DNA of 54,276 nt from a virus (lineage: Duplodnaviria > Caudoviricetes), in the IMG/VR virus record IMGVR_UViG_3300044627_001883, positions 1-54,276 of that record; one strand, written 5' to 3'. Below, one piece after another: positions 53,283 through 54,276 of this stretch. The notes beneath the pieces are model-generated. The model was not told the origin of the DNA. It searched no databases and saw only the letters and a program-made list of their open reading frames with translations. The translations under genes and the position numbers were made by a program. Position 1 is the stretch's first letter. Every line of letters begins with the position of its first letter.

Positions 53283-54229
53283 CAGAAGACCTCGATGGAG
53301 AACTCATCATCACCCACACCGTTGTTGGACGGCAGGGCAGTGAAGGGGATCGCGTACTGGGTGACGCGATCCTGCTCGGTGTAGTTGATGGTGGAGATGT
53401 TAGCCCTGGGCACGGTGACCTTCACCTTGTTCCCGGCGGTCGTGCCGTGGGTCACGGTGCAATTGCCGCTGACGCTGGTGATGGCGGAGGTGAAGTAGTC
53501 CTTGGTGGCCATCGTGACCGCGTCAAACTGGACGGTGCCAGCGGTGTTGCGGTCAGTGAGGAGCACCTCTCTGACGCTGCCGACCAGCTCCCGGTAAACC
53601 ATCTCCATGCCGATCTGCAGCTCCAGGCTGGACAGCTCAGGGGAGTAGCTGTGGAACGAGAAGCCAGTGCTGTTGGTGTTGTTGAACAGCTGTGGGGTCT
53701 GGAAGCCGTTGAAGTTGGTGGTGACGCTGGAGAAAGCTACGTCAGTGGGGCCGTTGTAGATCCCCATCAAATCAAACTGGTAGACCGGGATCTGGCTCAC
53801 GGTCATGTTCAAGGTCACGGTTCCACGGCAGCCCGTGACCGTGTGGTTCACGCCGTCAATGTTGACGTAGATGGTGCAGGAGCTGAACGACTCCGACACC
53901 GGGGCGTAGGTGACCTTGGTGCCTGCCGCGACGGTCTCGGACATGCCGCAAGCCTTGAGGAGCGGACCGTACTTGGGCACAGCTCCAGCGGACCCAGCGC
54001 CGGCCATTTCCACTTCAAACGTGACCCGGGAGCGCACGTTGGCGATCAAAATGTCGCTGGCACCCAGGTAAGGCCGGATCAGCTCCCGGCTGACCTGCTC
54101 AGCGTCAACCGGCTGGATCTCCAGGTTGCGCACCAGGATGGCATTGGCGGCGCCAGTGGGCGTCGGATCCGTGGCGTAGGTGGTCTCGGTCTTAGCGAGC
54201 AGGACTCGCTTGTTATAGAGCAGGGGCAT
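53282..54229 (-). CDS. Major tail tube protein
   Basis: 315 aa beta-rich protein (K.ETTY.TDPTP, LLKACG, GCRGT) preceding the chaperone and tape measure genes. Confidence 0.85.
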   Translation of the reverse strand: MPLLYNKRVLLAKTETTYATDPTPTGAANAILVRNLEIQPVDAEQVSRELIRPYLGASDILIANVRSRVTFEVEMAGAGSAGAVPKYGPLLKACGMSETVAAGTKVTYAPVSESFSSCTIYVNIDGVNHTVTGCRGTVTLNMTVSQIPVYQFDLMGIYNGPTDVAFSSVTTNFNGFQTPQLFNNTNSTGFSFHSYSPELSSLELQIGMEMVYRELVGSVREVLLTDRNTAGTVQFDAVTMATKDYFTSAITSVSGNCTVTHGTTAGNKVKVTVPRANISTINYTEQDRVTQYAIPFTALPSNNGVGDDEFSIEVF

Positions 54230-54276
54230 GGCCGGTTACCTCAAGGCTTGGAGGTGGGTTCAGGGGCAGGCTCGGG
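54100..54276. repeat. Terminal direct repeat, right copy
   Basis: Same as 1-177 apart from one synonymous base in the tail tube gene. Confidence 0.95.

Larger units (their letters stand above)
1..54276. mobile_element. Complete temperate tailed phage genome (siphovirus-like, probable cyanophage), circular assembly of about 54,099 bp
   Basis: Full set of head, tail, lysis, replication, recombination and integration genes; no host genes; terminal redundancy; late operon continuous across the ends. Confidence 0.93.

Overview
The window is almost certainly one complete, circular, high-GC temperate siphovirus genome of about 54.1 kb. Positions 1-177 recur at 54100-54276 with one mismatch, and the late operon runs continuously across that junction. 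It carries lambda-like terminase, portal and tail genes, an HK97-type protease-capsid fusion, a primase/VapE helicase, RecE/Sak4/SSB, ThyX, dCTP deaminase, a tyrosine integrase and a two-domain endolysin. Several small proteins resemble cyanophage families, so a picocyanobacterial host is inferred but not proven. The main finding is a translationally coupled cluster directly upstream of the terminase genes: ParB-like protein, TET/JBP 2OG-Fe(II) dioxygenase, amino acid:DNA transferase, PLP-dependent enzyme and P-loop kinase. No dUMP hydroxymethylase, DNA polymerase or cytosine methyltransferase is recognisable, which points to a fully post-replicative thymidine hypermodification route started by a TET/JBP oxygenase. 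Non-coding findings include six copies of a promoter-like module (palindrome, GGCGCC, exactly 18 nt, TAAAGT-type box) in front of small-gene cassettes, a covarying two-hairpin leader, a tRNA-like element followed by a possible double pseudoknot, iteron-like origin repeats, integrase arm-type repeats and a cos-like region. All family calls come from motif recognition by eye; no searches were run.
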